Source of the DNA: Lingula anatina
Taxonomy: Eukaryota > Animalia > Brachiopoda
NCBI GenBank assembly: GCA_051362555.1
Contig: CM120642.1
Coordinates: 10,044,001 to 10,108,000, forward strand
Direction of reading: 5' to 3'
Length of the DNA: 64,000 nt
Shown: positions 31,100 through 44,000 of the stretch, piece by piece
Layout of the letters: each line of letters opens with the position of its first letter
Position numbering within the stretch: the first letter of the stretch is position 1
Position numbers and translations under genes: made by a program
Notes under the pieces: model-generated
Database searches by the model: none
What the model was told of the DNA's origin: nothing
Seen by the model: the letters and a program-made list of their open reading frames with translations, nothing else

Positions 31100-31700
31100 T
31101 CATTACCGGGTTAAAATTGTGTTAGTTGCGATCTCATTCGTTTTATGTGCACCCTGTATTGGGGCTGTCTTGGATAAGTAAGTAAGTGCTGCCGCCATAC
31201 TGTATAGTTGACAAGCAAGTGTTCTTTCGGGTGACAGCCGGGAAATGTGAATCCTTTTCAATGTGACAGGATTTAAAGGGTTTCATGGTGAGTTAAAATA
31301 TTTCTCGCAAACTTAAAAATTAGGTAAACATTAAACACATTTACACACTGTGTAAAAAAGCACATACATTTCCCAATTAAATTACCAACTCGTTAAATTA
31401 AAGACATTCAGTCGTGTCCATTCTGTTGTCTCTATGCTAATTCAATTATCCGTACTAACATCTATTTTCGTGTTTCACTGCCAGCTTTTTCTTGTCCTAT
31501 GTATTATTGCCATGTATCTTGGCTGCTCGATGAAGATACAGTTGGAGTTGAGTCGTGATTTTGACCCATACATTTCATATGTGCCATTCCATTTGTTTTG
31601 GAGCTGAGTCCGTTTTCAGTTTATTTAAATTCAACATTGTTTCTGCTATAAAAAGTCGAAATTGCTATTATATAAAGATATGAATTATATTTAGTTTGTT
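31100..31700 (+). promoter_or_regulatory. CpG-enriched promoter and first-exon region of the CAP-Gly gene
   Basis: Local CpG cluster in CpG-poor DNA, YY1-like GCCGCCAT near 31190, perfect donor ATG|gtgagt at 31287. Confidence 0.5.
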
Positions 31701-34700
31701 TTGGAGGTGCACTGTATTTGTTTCCCTTTCTTGTGCAGAAATAATATTTTTTACAATATTTATAATAAAAGAATATACATACGGTAAATTATTAAATGTT
31801 GTTCATAAAAACAAACGTTTTGTTTTGATAAAACAAATTTCATTTGCAAACTGCCAATTTATTACAAGAACCTTAATGTTCATTTCTAGTAGGTATACCT
31901 GTTATATTGGGTACTTGATCTTATACCATTACTATACAGAGATTATACCTAGAAGGTAAAAAGTCGTACAATATTATGTATTTATGTCATCAAATGAATG
32001 TCCAGTAGAGTGCAAACCAATGTCCAGTGTTGCATGGACACACAATTGGTCAACAAAAGGCTGATACTTAAGTCCTCAAAAGCTACACGCTTATTCAGTT
32101 ACTGATCAACCAATAGTCATATTTGTTCAAGTCCAAGGCTCACTGCCCAAGAAAGGAACCGTATTTGTTCTGTCTGTTTTGAGTAAAAAGTACTACCTTT
32201 GCAGCTTTGTTTTCTTAGTACTCAAAATGCTGTGTAAATGGCGGTGGGAGGTTTGAACTTACTGGCGTGCATAGGTGTAGTACACACATTTATCCATGTG
32301 TTCAGAAGTGATTGAAAGTGGAGCTACATTTACATAGCCTGTACACTGATGTTCTAGAATTAACAGTCCAAGGTAAAGTTGTTTTTGATTAGGATGCTAC
32401 TATACTGGCAATATTTAGTAGTTTAAGATGACCAGGTTGACATGTTTTTCCATATTTTATTCCAAAGCAGTAAACAATAATTCTTAAGCACTATTTTATT
32501 GAAATCAAAGACTCAGTGCACTTATTTAGTTGTTGTCTCCAATATCAAGGTGGCAGATGTATTTTACCTGACTTCCAACTATATATGTCTGATTGATTGT
32601 GACAATATGTCATCTGCCTAATATATAAATCTGTGTTTGAGCACTGGTTGAACTTGAATTCAAGTACTAGTATGGTGGTTTCTTTTCCTGTCTAAGATGT
32701 GGTACTGTACATGTAACAGATGCTTTAGCATGTGTTATCAGACTGATGAAATTATACATAGATTTTCATTTGCCACATTTAGCTGAATGCTTTGGAGGTA
32801 TTTATGCATTCAGCAGATGGTAGCATATTAAAAACAAATGAATAGCTGTATGTTGTGCCAATGTGATATTAGCATTGAACAGTATATATAGCTTGTGGCC
32901 CAACTGTTTTCATGGCAGAAAAGCAGGGTATTATGTGTATTGTCCATCCATCAGCCCATATCATTGTGCAACTTTTTTTTGCGTGCCTTGTGATCTTAAC
33001 TGGTAAAGAATATTATAGTGAATTCTTGTAAGGTAATTGAAATATTTCATCTACACAAGTTCACATTCTATTAATGACAGGTTATAATTCTTTTATTTAG
33101 AACCTGTGGATTTTACAGTGTATTCTCTTGTAGTTGACTCTGGTTAAAAGGTGTTTTTGTGGTTGGAATGTAATGAATGTAAGACAAGTCTTATCTTGAG
33201 TCCAGACATCACAGTGTTTCTTTAAGGGGAACTTTGTTGCCTCACCTGTTATCTCACCAGGTGTAACATGTTTGTTTGGAGTTGCTAATAAACAAAACAA
33301 TGTATAGTCTGTTTTAAAGCTGGTTACATCAGACTCATCTACAATTAAGACAGATTAGGAACAGTTCAGTCTTGTGGATACATAATTGGAATAATGTCAA
33401 ACGGTTATGTTTATAAAGTTGATTGCTTCGTCATGTGCTATGATCCCAAGCATACAGGTAGCTTGGTGTTGTGTAAATATAATAGGCTGACTTTGTCAAT
33501 GTTTTGCCCCATATTTATAAGCAGCATGTCAAATAATGGTGCAATACTTGTTTATGCTACTGTCCATGAGACCAGAGATTGGCTGTTAAATAGTAATGAT
33601 TTAAGAAGGGCTTCTTGTACAGGGTAGGCGATAAGGGATGGGGTATAAATATGATTCTTCAGGGCTCGTTCTGCGGAGCATGGGGTCAAAGTAGGGTTCA
33701 AAATTGATTTAAGACCTGCTGACTGTGTTAATTAGTAGGTATGAGACCAGGTATTAGGTGTAATAATGATTTAAGACCTTCTTGGTGGGGTGTAATGATG
33801 ATTTAAGACCTGCTCATCATACAAGGTAGAGACTAGAAGTTAATGATGGGGTAGGGTTACAATGATTGATAGGGGTGGCTTGTAATCATTGTCAACTTAG
33901 AACATAATATGTATCATATCTTGTGATAGGCAGTGTGGAAGTGTAACTAATGACCACTGCTGGGTATCAGATTATGCTTTATTGAATCTTAAAGATGTCA
34001 CCTCTTGGCATTTACTGTAAAGTAGTGCAGACAGTGTTCACTGCTGTGAAAAGGATTACGATTTAATGGGATGTAGGGTTAAAGCATCATACCAGTGATG
34101 AAAAGTTTGTTATAACTCCCTGACTGTCTTAAATGCATGACCATCTCAGCAGTATAGGATGGCTGTAGGGCAGCTGATATGTACATGTTATTTGGTTTGA
34201 AAGTGTGTCTTCTTTATCAGCAACTTGTGTCATTAACAGTTCTTTCTTAGCTGTGAAGAACATTAACATAAAATTAAGTATATGGTCTACTGTAGCCAGT
34301 CCACTCAAGTCTGTGCCCCCCCCCCCCCCCCCCCCCCCCGGCCCCTTCTACAGATGCATGCACAGATGTACACATGCATAATGGCACACACACAAACATA
34401 TGCATTTTGAGTAGAGTCCCAAGGCAGTGTATGGATGGCTCTGTCTGTGTTGCTTAAATAAATGTCTCCCCACAACCCCTCCCAGCCCCTCCTACAGCCT
34501 CTCCCAACACCTCCAAATTCCTCAGCATAGTCACTGTAGGTGTGTGAGGCAGAATGCTGGAAGATTACATAGTGGCCAATGCAAACATTGACTGACCTGT
34601 CATTCTTGTCTGTGGTGTTATTAACCTCTTCATTCTTAGCGACAATGTTGGTTAAACAGACTCCCGGCCATATGCCAGTCAAGTAGGTGCCCCGGGCAGG

Positions 34701-37700
34701 TAACTCAGGTGTGAGGTCTTTGATCATCTCGATGTGTACATAGACTTTCTTTAAAAAGTTTGTTTATCTTGTGGAAAGGCAGCAGGCAGGTTTATTATTA
34801 CTCGGGTGTCATCAGGTGTGGAATCTATGAGGGTGTCAGAGAGAGGAGTTAGAACTACTTATGGCACACTTACTGTCACAAAGGTGAAGTAATTGGGATC
34901 ATTGCTAGAGGTAAATGTGTTAACGTCACGCAAGATGTGGTATGTAGATTTTTGCCCTTTGAAATATGTTGTCATTTGTGGAAAATATGGTCCCACGGTT
35001 GAGTAAATCCACACCTCCCTTTAACAGAGGTGGAAAAACAGTTTCAGATTTGGAACATTCAAAAAGGAATAGGGGATTTGAATAGTTCAGCATATATTTA
35101 CCTAAAAGTTTCATTACATTTTTATGTACAGACACAGATGTGTCTCTACATATAGCCATCATCTGCGTCTGTCGTCGCCGTCGTCGCCGTCGTGCACTTT
35201 TACCGATAACACGATAAGTGGAACACCGTTTTTGCTTTTGGCTTGAAACTTACAGAACTGGTGAATATTCCTAATACACAGGTCAAGTTCGAAAATCAGC
35301 ATGATCGGGCCATTTTTAGGGAAGTTATGCTGTTTTTTCACTTTTTTCAGCATATATGCAGCACCGATAACACGATAAGTGGAAAACCATTTTACCTTTT
35401 GGCTTGAAACTTACAAAACTGATGAATATTCATAATCCGCAGGTAAAGTTCGAAAATCAGCATGATCGGGCCTTTATTTTAGAAGTTATGCTGTTTTTTC
35501 ACATTTCCTCAGATTCAATTATTAGGCATGTTAACAGTCTCATTATTTAACTAATAAGATACATAAAAGTGTTTGTTTGATATTTCCTGCATCTTTACAA
35601 CATTGTTAGTTGATTATGTAAAAATGATGGTAAACTTGTTATCGTGTATTATGTAATAAAGTGTCAAAAATGGAAATAAACTCATCATTGCAGTTTGTCA
35701 GATTCAATCATCCACTATGTTCAGAATCTCAGAATGGAGGAAATTGGACATTAAACACTGTTCTATTGATATTTTTCCCATCTCATCAATTTTCTTAGTT
35801 GGTCATATAAAAATGGCAACAAACTGTTTATTTTGTTTTATGTTAAAAAAATGTTAAAAATGGAAATAAACCCTTTTCAGAACAGTGCTGTCTTGTTTAC
35901 ATTTTGGCATTTTTAAGATGTGACTTTGAAGTTTCATGAGCCTGCAGACCTTTGCTAATCACATTTTCTGAATATCCATGATACTAATATTTTATGATTA
36001 AAAAGTGATGGTCATTATGCTGTTAAACATTATGTAATATTGCATCAAAATTTGAAGAAACCCCCATTTTGGGCACTGCTCCCATGATGACCATTTAAGA
36101 AAAACATGTCACTTACTGTTTTCAAACTTACAGGAAAGAAACATAGGGCTAAAATACAGCTTCAGTAGGCAATGCAGTCTGTTTGGTAATTTTTTCTGGC
36201 AGTTAAACAGTTTTTTGTGAAAATTTAATTTTTCACATATTGGCATTTTCAAGGTGTGACTTTGAAGTTCCATGAGCCTGCAGACCTTTGCTTGTCACGT
36301 TTTCTGAATGTTCATGTTACTAATATTCTATTATTAAAAATTGATGGTCATTATGCTGTTAAACATTATGTAATATTGCATCGAAATTTGAAGAAACCCC
36401 TATTTTGGGCACTGCTCCCATGATGACCATTTAAGAAAAAACATGTCACTTACTGTTTTCAAACTTACAGGAAAGAAACATGGGTCTAAAATACAGCTTC
36501 AGTAGGCAATGCAGTCTGTTTGGTAATTTTTTCTGGCAGTTAAACAGTTTTTTGTGAAAATTTAATTTTTCACATATTGGCATTTTCAAGGTGTGACTTT
36601 GAAGTTCCATGAGCCTGCAGACCTTTGCTAGTCACGTTTTCTGAATGTTCATGTGACTAATATTCCATTATTAAAAATTGATGGTCATTATGCTGTTAAA
36701 CATTATGTAATATTGCATCAAAATTTGAAGAAACCCTATTTTGGGCACTGCTCTCATAATGACCATTTAACAAAAATCATGTCAATTACAGTTCTCAAAC
36801 TTACAGGAAAGAAACATGGGTCTAAAATACAGCTTCAGTTGGCAATGCAGTCTGTTTGGTAATTTTTTCTGGCAGTTAAACAGTTTTTTGTGAAAATTTA
36901 ATTTTTCACTTATTGGCATTTTCAAGGTGTGACTTTGAAGTTCCATGATCCTGAAGACCTTTGCTTGTCACGTTTTCTGAATGTCCATGTTACTAATATT
37001 CTATTATTAAAAATTGATGGTCATTATGCTGTTAAGCATTATGTAATATTGCATCAAAATAGAAGAAAACACAATTTTTGGTGGTGCTGCTATGATGAGC
37101 ATTATGGGAAAACCGTGTTATGACTGTCAAACCTTTAAAAAAGAAACACAGGACTAAAATGCAGAATGAGTTGGAAAAGCAGTCTAATTGGCTTCTTTTT
37201 CTGGAAGTTATACATTTGAGTGAAATATTCATTATCTTTTTGGCATATTCATTGTGGGACTCGGAGCTCCCATGGACATGAAGCCAAATGGTAATCAAAT
37301 TTTCTACATATCCATGCTATTTATTATCAATAATCAAAGATTGGTGATAATTATTCTATAATTTATTATGTAATGTTACATCAAAATTGACAACAATATT
37401 TTTGCATTGCTACTGCAAACATTATGAAAAGAAAACTGTGTTACTTATTATTATTTTTAACTTACAAGTATGATTTTTAGGATTGGCATGCAGTTCAAAT
37501 TAGAAAGCCAGGTCAATTGGGTTATCATTTATTATTGAATTTATGCAATTTTGTGTGAAATTTTCATTTTTTAAGTATTCATTTTTCTAAGTATAAACTT
37601 GAACTCTGATGGGCCTGAAGCCTTATGCTTTTACTTTCGTCGTTGTTACCTGTTGTGCATAATTAAAATTTGATGTTGACTGTGCAGTAAAACATAATGT

Positions 37701-37980
37701 ATTATTGCATCAGAATTGGTAGTCTCCTATTTTGTGCATTATTGTTTTGTGCTTTTCTTAAGATGTGACTTATGGGCCTGAAAGACCTTTGAGAGGGTCA
37801 GTCTGTTAATATCCCTTGGGTATCACTTAGCTAATTTCTGAGTTATAAAGTCATTTGCCTAATTGATAGGCCATTAAAGGAGATTACATAAAGCACACTT
37901 GTTGATATTTCCTTGTAAACTCCCAAAAGTTGAGCTCTCTGCTAGATTAATAATAAGGAAGCAGTGATAATTATGCAGGT

Positions 37981-38039
<59 letters not shown>

Positions 38040-41000
38040 CAAAGATTAAAAGTTTGAATAGCAGCTTCATTGAAATTATATTTACCTCAGGCTCTGCCTA
38101 GGAGGTTATATTTTCACCCCTGTTTGTCTGTCATCAACATAACTCTAAAAGTTATGGCTGAAATTTTCAGGAACTGTCAGAATTGGGCCAAAGAGGACAA
38201 TGATTAGTTTTTAGTGGTGGTCTGGCTCAATAATCAATCAATAATCAACAATAATCAACAATTGCTGCCTTGGCAGAGGTCTGCACTCTCGGTGGTTTTC
38301 TAGTTTTGTTATGTTTTCCTTTACAATTTTTTCTCAAACACTTGCATTTGTGACTTTTAACTCTCATCCGCTCGAGGCTCTGCACATTTTCTGTATTTCC
38401 ACATAAGCAATTGTATTGTTTTTTATGTCTTTAAACATTATATAAAATTATTTTATGCACTGTCATCATTTTTCAAATATTGAGACTTTCATCATGTGAC
38501 TATAGTCTCTCATGGTCCTGAAACTGTAATCTTATTGAAGGGATGGATTGAGACCATCTTCTGGGTCTTCTTGAAGACAGGTTATTAAGTTTATATTGAC
38601 TGGTATCTATTTTTTTCTGTTGGAAGACCATCAAAATGGAGGATGGATTAACATAGATACTTTGGAATACTGTCAGAAAATATCTCAGGGTCCGCTCCTG
38701 TTATTGACCGTGTTACCTGTTGTGCATGATTAAAATTCAGTGTTGACTGACAGTGCTATTATAAGCATTATTTATTATTGCATCAAAATTGACAAAATGA
38801 CCTTTTTTTGCATCTTTATTTTCTGCTTTTTTGTCTGTACATTTGACAGCTTTGCTGCCTTGTTATGCATTGGTGGACTCGAAGCTCTTGAACCACCCAC
38901 ATCTTTTTTCATTTGTGACACATAGTTGCAGGTAGGTTCAACATGTGCACGTAATTATTTAAATCAGTATATATGTTTTTAAATATTGTTTTAAACACTT
39001 TTGCACAGTGGCTGAACATTACCAAATCCCAAGTAGTTAAAAAGATAGAGAGCTGGCCTCTGTTTATTGATCATCTTTATCACAGGTAAATTTCACACCT
39101 GGCTGTCATTGGGCAAGTTGCACTAACAATATCAGATAAATAAGTCTAAATATATACTTTAGATGTAGACATTATTCTTTGATGGATGTAAGTTTATTAA
39201 GTGGGGTTCTGTGTCCACAGACACTGAATCTAGTATATCAGTGACCACTTACTAGTAACTAGCATTTTTACTCCATGTCTAAGGCACTAGTGTCTGATCA
39301 CAGGAGCAGCAGTTGTGCTTATTAGATACAGGTGAGTGTCATCAAGAGAATTGCCATCTTAAGGGAGGCCTTGATACTGAAGGTTGATTGCAGTTTTGTA
39401 ACAGTACTGCACTTTGACTTTGCCCACATATTTTGGACTATAGACATGAAATATCACTATCTCTTTTGGCCTTTGATTCTTTTCTATTAAACTTTCTGTG
39501 GAAAAAAGCCAAACAAGAGCAGTTCATGTATTTCATTGTGTGCATACTGGTATCTCTTAGATAATGGGTATTGTACATTTACAAAGTCTAGAAATGTTAT
39601 TCCACAGTAGGCGTACCACCAGTGTATGGGTGTACTCAGTTGTAGAATGTGGTTACAAATGAAACCAATACAGGTGGGCTTCCTATTGTAGTGTTATGAA
39701 TGTGACTTGGATAGAACTACAATGCCCATACCTGCAAGTATTGTGTATTGACTTATGTATCAGTGATAATACTACATCCATTATTTTTACTATTATATAT
39801 AGATAACAGTATTGTGTATTGACTAAGGTATCAATGATGATACTACCTGCATTATTTTAACGATAGATAACATTATTATGTATTGACTTATGTATCAATG
39901 ATAATACTACCTCCATTATTTTAACTATAGATAACAGAGAATCATTATTCTCATCAGTCCTCATGAAATGTGTGGGTTTGTTTGTTTGTATAGTGTACGT
40001 GCATGCTGAAGATAAAAAATAAGCACAGGGCCTCATTCAGTTAAATCACTGCATATAATTTAATTAAATTAATTGGATCATTTGGAGATCTTTAACTCTA
40101 AGTTTGAATTGGAAAATACCTTACTTAAACTACCCGTAGTATGTCTGTCATGCCCAGTTGACATGTCATGAGTAAATCAGGTAAGTCTTCAGATGTCCTA
40201 ACCCAGACCTAACCTAACCCAGATATTATTACTGGGGGTCATTTTGTATGCAGGCCCATCGTTATATTGTTAAAGTCCACTGAAAATTTGAACTATTAGA
40301 AAGGCATTATCTGTCTGGTGAACTATATATCAAGGATTCTTATCTCATTACAGAGAGTGGAGGTCCATATTTTTCTTACTGTGACCCTGTCCCGAGCTAT
40401 GAAGTAGTGGCACTGGTTCACTTAGGCCCCATTTAGAATAGGGGACTAACTAGTCCTAGGGTCAAATATGGTGACCCACTACAAAGCTTGCTGTCAAATC
40501 TGTTCATAGACACTGAATAGATAATCCGTGGAGAAGTATTCAAGCAGGTTGACCATATTGGACCCTTGGACTAGTTAGTCCACTGTTGTGAGTGCAGCCT
40601 TAGTTACATGTACCAGCTGCTGTACCTTCTGCCTAGAGATCATTCTCTCTTAAGATAAATTGGCTATATGCTGTTTGTGTCTTGTATTCTTCCCATTTTA
40701 TATACGTAGATTAATGCAATATTGTATTTTTCCTGAAGAGTATTTAGTCTAGGTACAACAATTTTGTATCAAACATCTGTATTAAAGCTTTTCTTCATGA
40801 CGAGATGCCAGTAATAATTTTAGATTTCTTAAAAAATAAAAGAAAACAGTGCTCCACCCACAGTGGCACTTCACATAAATAGTATTGCTGAATAAAGAAA
40901 GGTTTGCTATTGGCATGCTGTGATTCACTGTACATCATTCAACAGTCACGCAAAATAAAAAGGGCTATAAAAAGTTACATCAGAGGTGAAAGTGTCACTT

Positions 41001-44000
41001 TCCTGAAATGTGGTGGAGACCCTTTTAGTAGATGTGTAAAATTCAAATGAGTACTTGTTTGGTCCCTGATGAGTCTTTTGTTTGTGAGGAGTCAACCTGC
41101 AGTGACATGGGGAGGAATACTAATTTAGTCCACCTTGGATGCATAAATACATCTTCAAAGGAAATTAAAAGGGAAAGTTTAACTAAGACTCATTTTAAGT
41201 GTTTTATGTTGGAGGCCTGGGGGAGTGGAAGCTGAACAAGTATTTGTGTTTGAAATTTCAGCGAAGTACAATCCTGCTGTGATAAGAGTCCCAATACTAA
41301 TATTCAAGGATGTGAATTTGGGAGGATTTCATTGGGAGAAGAGAAGAAGAGGAAATCTGATACATTTAAACTTTTATCAAAGGCAAAAATAAGAAAACAT
41401 CTTTAACTGGATCTTTGCATGATTATTATGAGAGAAATGAAATCTTATTCTATTCTGAGGAATTGGCATTTTGAAGATAAAAGGACAGGAGGTTGAAAGT
41501 ATTTTTATCTTTGGTTGAGCTGTTATTGCTAAGACTAAGGTGACTTGATTTTGGACAAACAAAAGTAGCACACTGCAAAACATATATTGTATCAGATATC
41601 AGTTTTTGATTATTTTTGCCAGTGGAAAGACTATTTACATCATGCAGGTGAAAAGGAATGAGTAACCATATAAAATACAGTTTACTGATTTATGCTTATT
41701 CAAGGAAAACATTAATAAAAACTATATACCGGTATGTCCAAGGTTATTGGAACTTTTGTCATGAGCTTAGTTGTGCAGCAATGTAATACATAATTTAACT
41801 TAAACAGCTGCAAAAGCAAACATTATCCAAAAGATTTATTAAAGCAAAGGTTTCTTCTGGAAAAAAAATCCTGTGGAAAGGTTATTAAAACCTGAACTGG
41901 AAGTTTGGAAGAATTTGCTGTATTTTCTTTCATCACATTCCTATACTTTTTGCCATTTTGTCTAATTTGATCTCATCATGGCTTTGATGCCAACATTTTT
42001 CGTGATTGCGACTTCCCCTTCTCGCAGAGATCGCCTTCCACAGCAGAGATGTACTAGTAGCTGGAAGAGAAAGGCAAGGGTAAGTTCAAACACACTTCTT
42101 TGATATAAGGATATATCCAACCTGCAGGAAGGCCAGTTTGTAGTACAAAGAGAATTTCTTAACTTTGACATTTTCAATTTTTCTGTGCCATTTGACATTT
42201 TATGTGAAAAAAAATTACTGTGAAAATTAAAATTTTACACAACAATGTCTGAAATGTTAGAAATTTTAAGCAAATAATTCTTTGAGCCAGTGACATTTAG
42301 ATGAACTTTTGTCTAAATGTTCTCGACTTGTTATGCTGGTATCTAAACATGAAATATCGCTTACCTTGGTTAGTAAATCCGATGATTAAAAAGTATGTTA
42401 AATATTAAAATATTAACTTGTTTATAAAAAAATAGGAGAGTTCATCACAACAACAACAGAACAATAAAAAAAGCAGAAAAAACCTGAATGTATTCTCCTG
42501 TAGTGCAATCCTGCAAGGTGATTAAGTGTACCTATTACCAGGAAATAAGAAGCATATGGCCATTCAGTAAGAAGTCGTGTGCATCTGAGGGAAAACAAGG
42601 TGTTACAAATCAAACACCATGACCTGTACACCTGACAGGTAACCCAGTCCTCCTGGGAATAGCCAGTGCTGGAATTACTATCACCTGGAATTCCTTTAAG
42701 ATTCTGGAAATTGTTTACTTGTTCCTTGGAGTCAATGGAGCAGCAGTCTCTGTTGACTTCACCTGGAGTGTGCTTCGGCCATTGCAGGGAATTAGGATAA
42801 TATGATTAATGTGCTCAGACAGGTGTGAATGCCTTTGATATACTATCTGTGTCTGCTAGATATTTTTTATTAATTAAAGGGGTGGTATTTAACTGCTTTG
42901 GTATAAGAAAAGTATGTTGTATTTTAAATACAAAATTTGGTGGTGTGTTTGACATTTACCATTTGTTTTAGATGTGGGTATACCAGCAATGCAGATTTTC
43001 AATTTTTCACCTTTTACAATAGTGAATTGCCAATACTGGTAAGAATTAATCCATTGTTGTTTACTGAGCACCTTTGAGTCAGAGAGCTAAAAACTCTCAC
43101 AAGTATACATACTATAAAGTGGAAATGGCATGTTCATTATATCAGCATGTAGTTATACACAGTGATTGCTTTTAACTTAACAGTTTTCACACAGCAGAGC
43201 CTGAATGAATTTAGTCACTGTCTGGTTTAGGACAGGGAGAGAGCTCATGGAGCATACACTTTAAAAGTCGATTGTGTGAACGGCACTTCAGAGTGATATG
43301 TTAAGCCTCTTCTCAAAGTAATTACCTGCGGTGCATGAAAGGTGGATACCTTATCTTTTTGTGGCTCTTTTAACTCCAGGAATTTATTAGATTTACAAAC
43401 CATAGGAGATATTTAGTAGGGGTGAACTATCTATCTAGGGAATTCCAGGAAGTTTATCTTTAAAATAACATCCATTTGTATTACATGACCTTGTGCATGG
43501 CATATGAAGTTGAGTTTGTTTGGTATTTTAGATTTTTTTTTTCTTTGAAGAATAGATTTATAGATTGTGGAAATTGTTTACTTGGTGTAAATATTTGAGG
43601 CATTCCTGGAAAATGCTTTATCTCCATTCACCCCCTGTCAGCATTTTTTTTTTGTTCAGAGACTACAAAATTTTAAACCATTTTAGGGTTAATGGAATGA
43701 TTTTGACCCTTTCTATTAAAAATTATTGGACAGAGTGAAACATTTCCTTTGAAACTAACTTTGTTGACCATCTACTGTGCATTTCTTACATGAAAATATC
43801 TGACGACAGTCTATGGTTAAAGATGGATATTAGAATGGGTTGAAATAAGCAGATTACATTATCAAAGTAATACCTGGATACCTGGATCTTTTTGAATCAA
43901 CAAATAAGGATGATTTTAATGGTATTACTCAGTATCAATGTTGATTCAAGTATGAAGTTATAAGAAGTTTGATATTCTTATTAGGTGTAAATTATCTTTG

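Larger units (their letters stand above)
35122..38864 (+). mobile_element. HINE family A, longest copy (about 3.7 kb), with internal tandem arrays
   Basis: Same 5' hairpin, GTCGCC/GTC microsatellite and 3' end as the copy at 17322. Units of about 161 bp (35211, 35372) and about 337 bp (35906, 36242, 36579, 36915). Confidence 0.82.

Noticed and set aside
34305-34727. 140-aa minus-strand ORF
   Set aside because: Runs through a poly-C tract and CA-rich low-complexity DNA; no domain or splice support.
36653-37298. Recurrent LLKIDGHYAVKHYVILHQN ORFs (also at 4702-4998 and 18117-18311)
   Set aside because: The similarity comes from the non-coding family A repeat; frames break differently in each copy.
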